NCBI GenBank assembly: GCA_049969495.1
Contig: JBMFOT010000008.1
Span: forward strand, 2,136 to 66,135
DNA from: Armatimonadota bacterium
GTDB taxonomy: Bacteria > Armatimonadota > HRBIN16
Length of the DNA stretch: 64,000 nucleotides
Direction of reading: 5' to 3'
Shown: positions 63,664-64,000 of the stretch, one piece after another
Numbering within the stretch: the stretch's first letter is position 1
How the letters are laid out: the number at the start of each line of letters is the position of its first letter
The notes under the pieces: generated by a model
What the model was told of the DNA's origin: nothing
Seen by the model: only the letters and a program-made list of their open reading frames with translations
Databases searched by the model: none
Program-made: the position numbers and the translations under genes

Positions 63664-63692
63664 GGGGGCAGGTTGGGAACCTGCCCCCTACA
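63664..63692 (-). repeat. GTAG-type REP-like palindrome
   Basis: Minus strand TGTAGGGGGCAGGTT-CCC-AACCTGCCCCC. Confidence 0.65.
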
Positions 63693-63715
63693 ATGAACCT
63701 GTCCCGCTACAGCGT

Positions 63716-64000
63716 TTACTCGTCGCCAATCGCGCCGAAGTTGCGCACCAGAATACCGAAGTCGAACAGCGTCACCTCTTCGTCCCCATCCAGGTCGGCA
63801 TCCGGGTTCCAGTTGCTGTCACCGGGCACCGAACCGAAGGCGGCAACCAATCCACCGAAGTCGAACAGCGTCACCTCGTTGTCGCCGTCGATGTCGCCGT
63901 TGGTGAGGCTCACGTCCAGTCCGGTTAAGCCCTCTTTGGGCACAACCACATCGCGCACGATGACCTGCAGCCAGTGGCTGGCTTTGAAGGCAAAGTCATA
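63716..64000 (-). CDS. C-terminus of a secreted protein with dockerin/EF-hand-like tail (5' truncated by window)
   Basis: KASHWL, NGDIDGDNEVTLFDFG, ADLDGDEEVTLFDFG duplicated calcium-binding loops. Confidence 0.8.
   Translation of the reverse strand, partial: YDFAFKASHWLQVIVRDVVVPKEGLTGLDVSLTNGDIDGDNEVTLFDFGGLVAAFGSVPGDSNWNPDADLDGDEEVTLFDFGILVRNFGAIGDE

Noticed and set aside
63598-63715. Moco riboswitch upstream of mog
   Set aside because: Only a REP-like palindrome is evident; no recognisable Moco RNA motif.

Overview
High-GC bacterial chromosomal window, probably Armatimonadota. This is an inference from prepilin/H-X9-DG proteins, three DUF6785/6784-like membrane proteins and a GDIDGDNEVTLFDFG dockerin-like tail. 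It holds intact housekeeping blocks: scpA-scpB-DD-carboxypeptidase-larE-larB; recG-coaD-ackA-yceD-rpmF-plsX-fabH-fabD-fabG-acpP-fabF; proS; rpsB-tsf-pyrH-frr-uppS-dxr-rseP; mog-moeA. It also has carbohydrate enzymes (GH13 amylase, GH42 beta-galactosidase, esterase) and two large beta-propeller proteins. The most interesting stretch is about 14-24.2 kb. It contains (i) a poly-G-interrupted secreted clan-CD-like protease with a partner gene; (ii) a LacI / pilin-like / OPT-like permease / degenerate KaiC / orphan ParB module that may be an undescribed pilin-based solute uptake system; and (iii) an unannotated minus-strand small RNA candidate with its own promoter, terminator and anti-Shine-Dalgarno motifs. 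Several accessory genes are damaged by frameshifts or internal deletions while core genes are intact. No tRNA, rRNA, CRISPR array or intact transposase was seen. All family calls come from motif recognition by eye; no searches were run.
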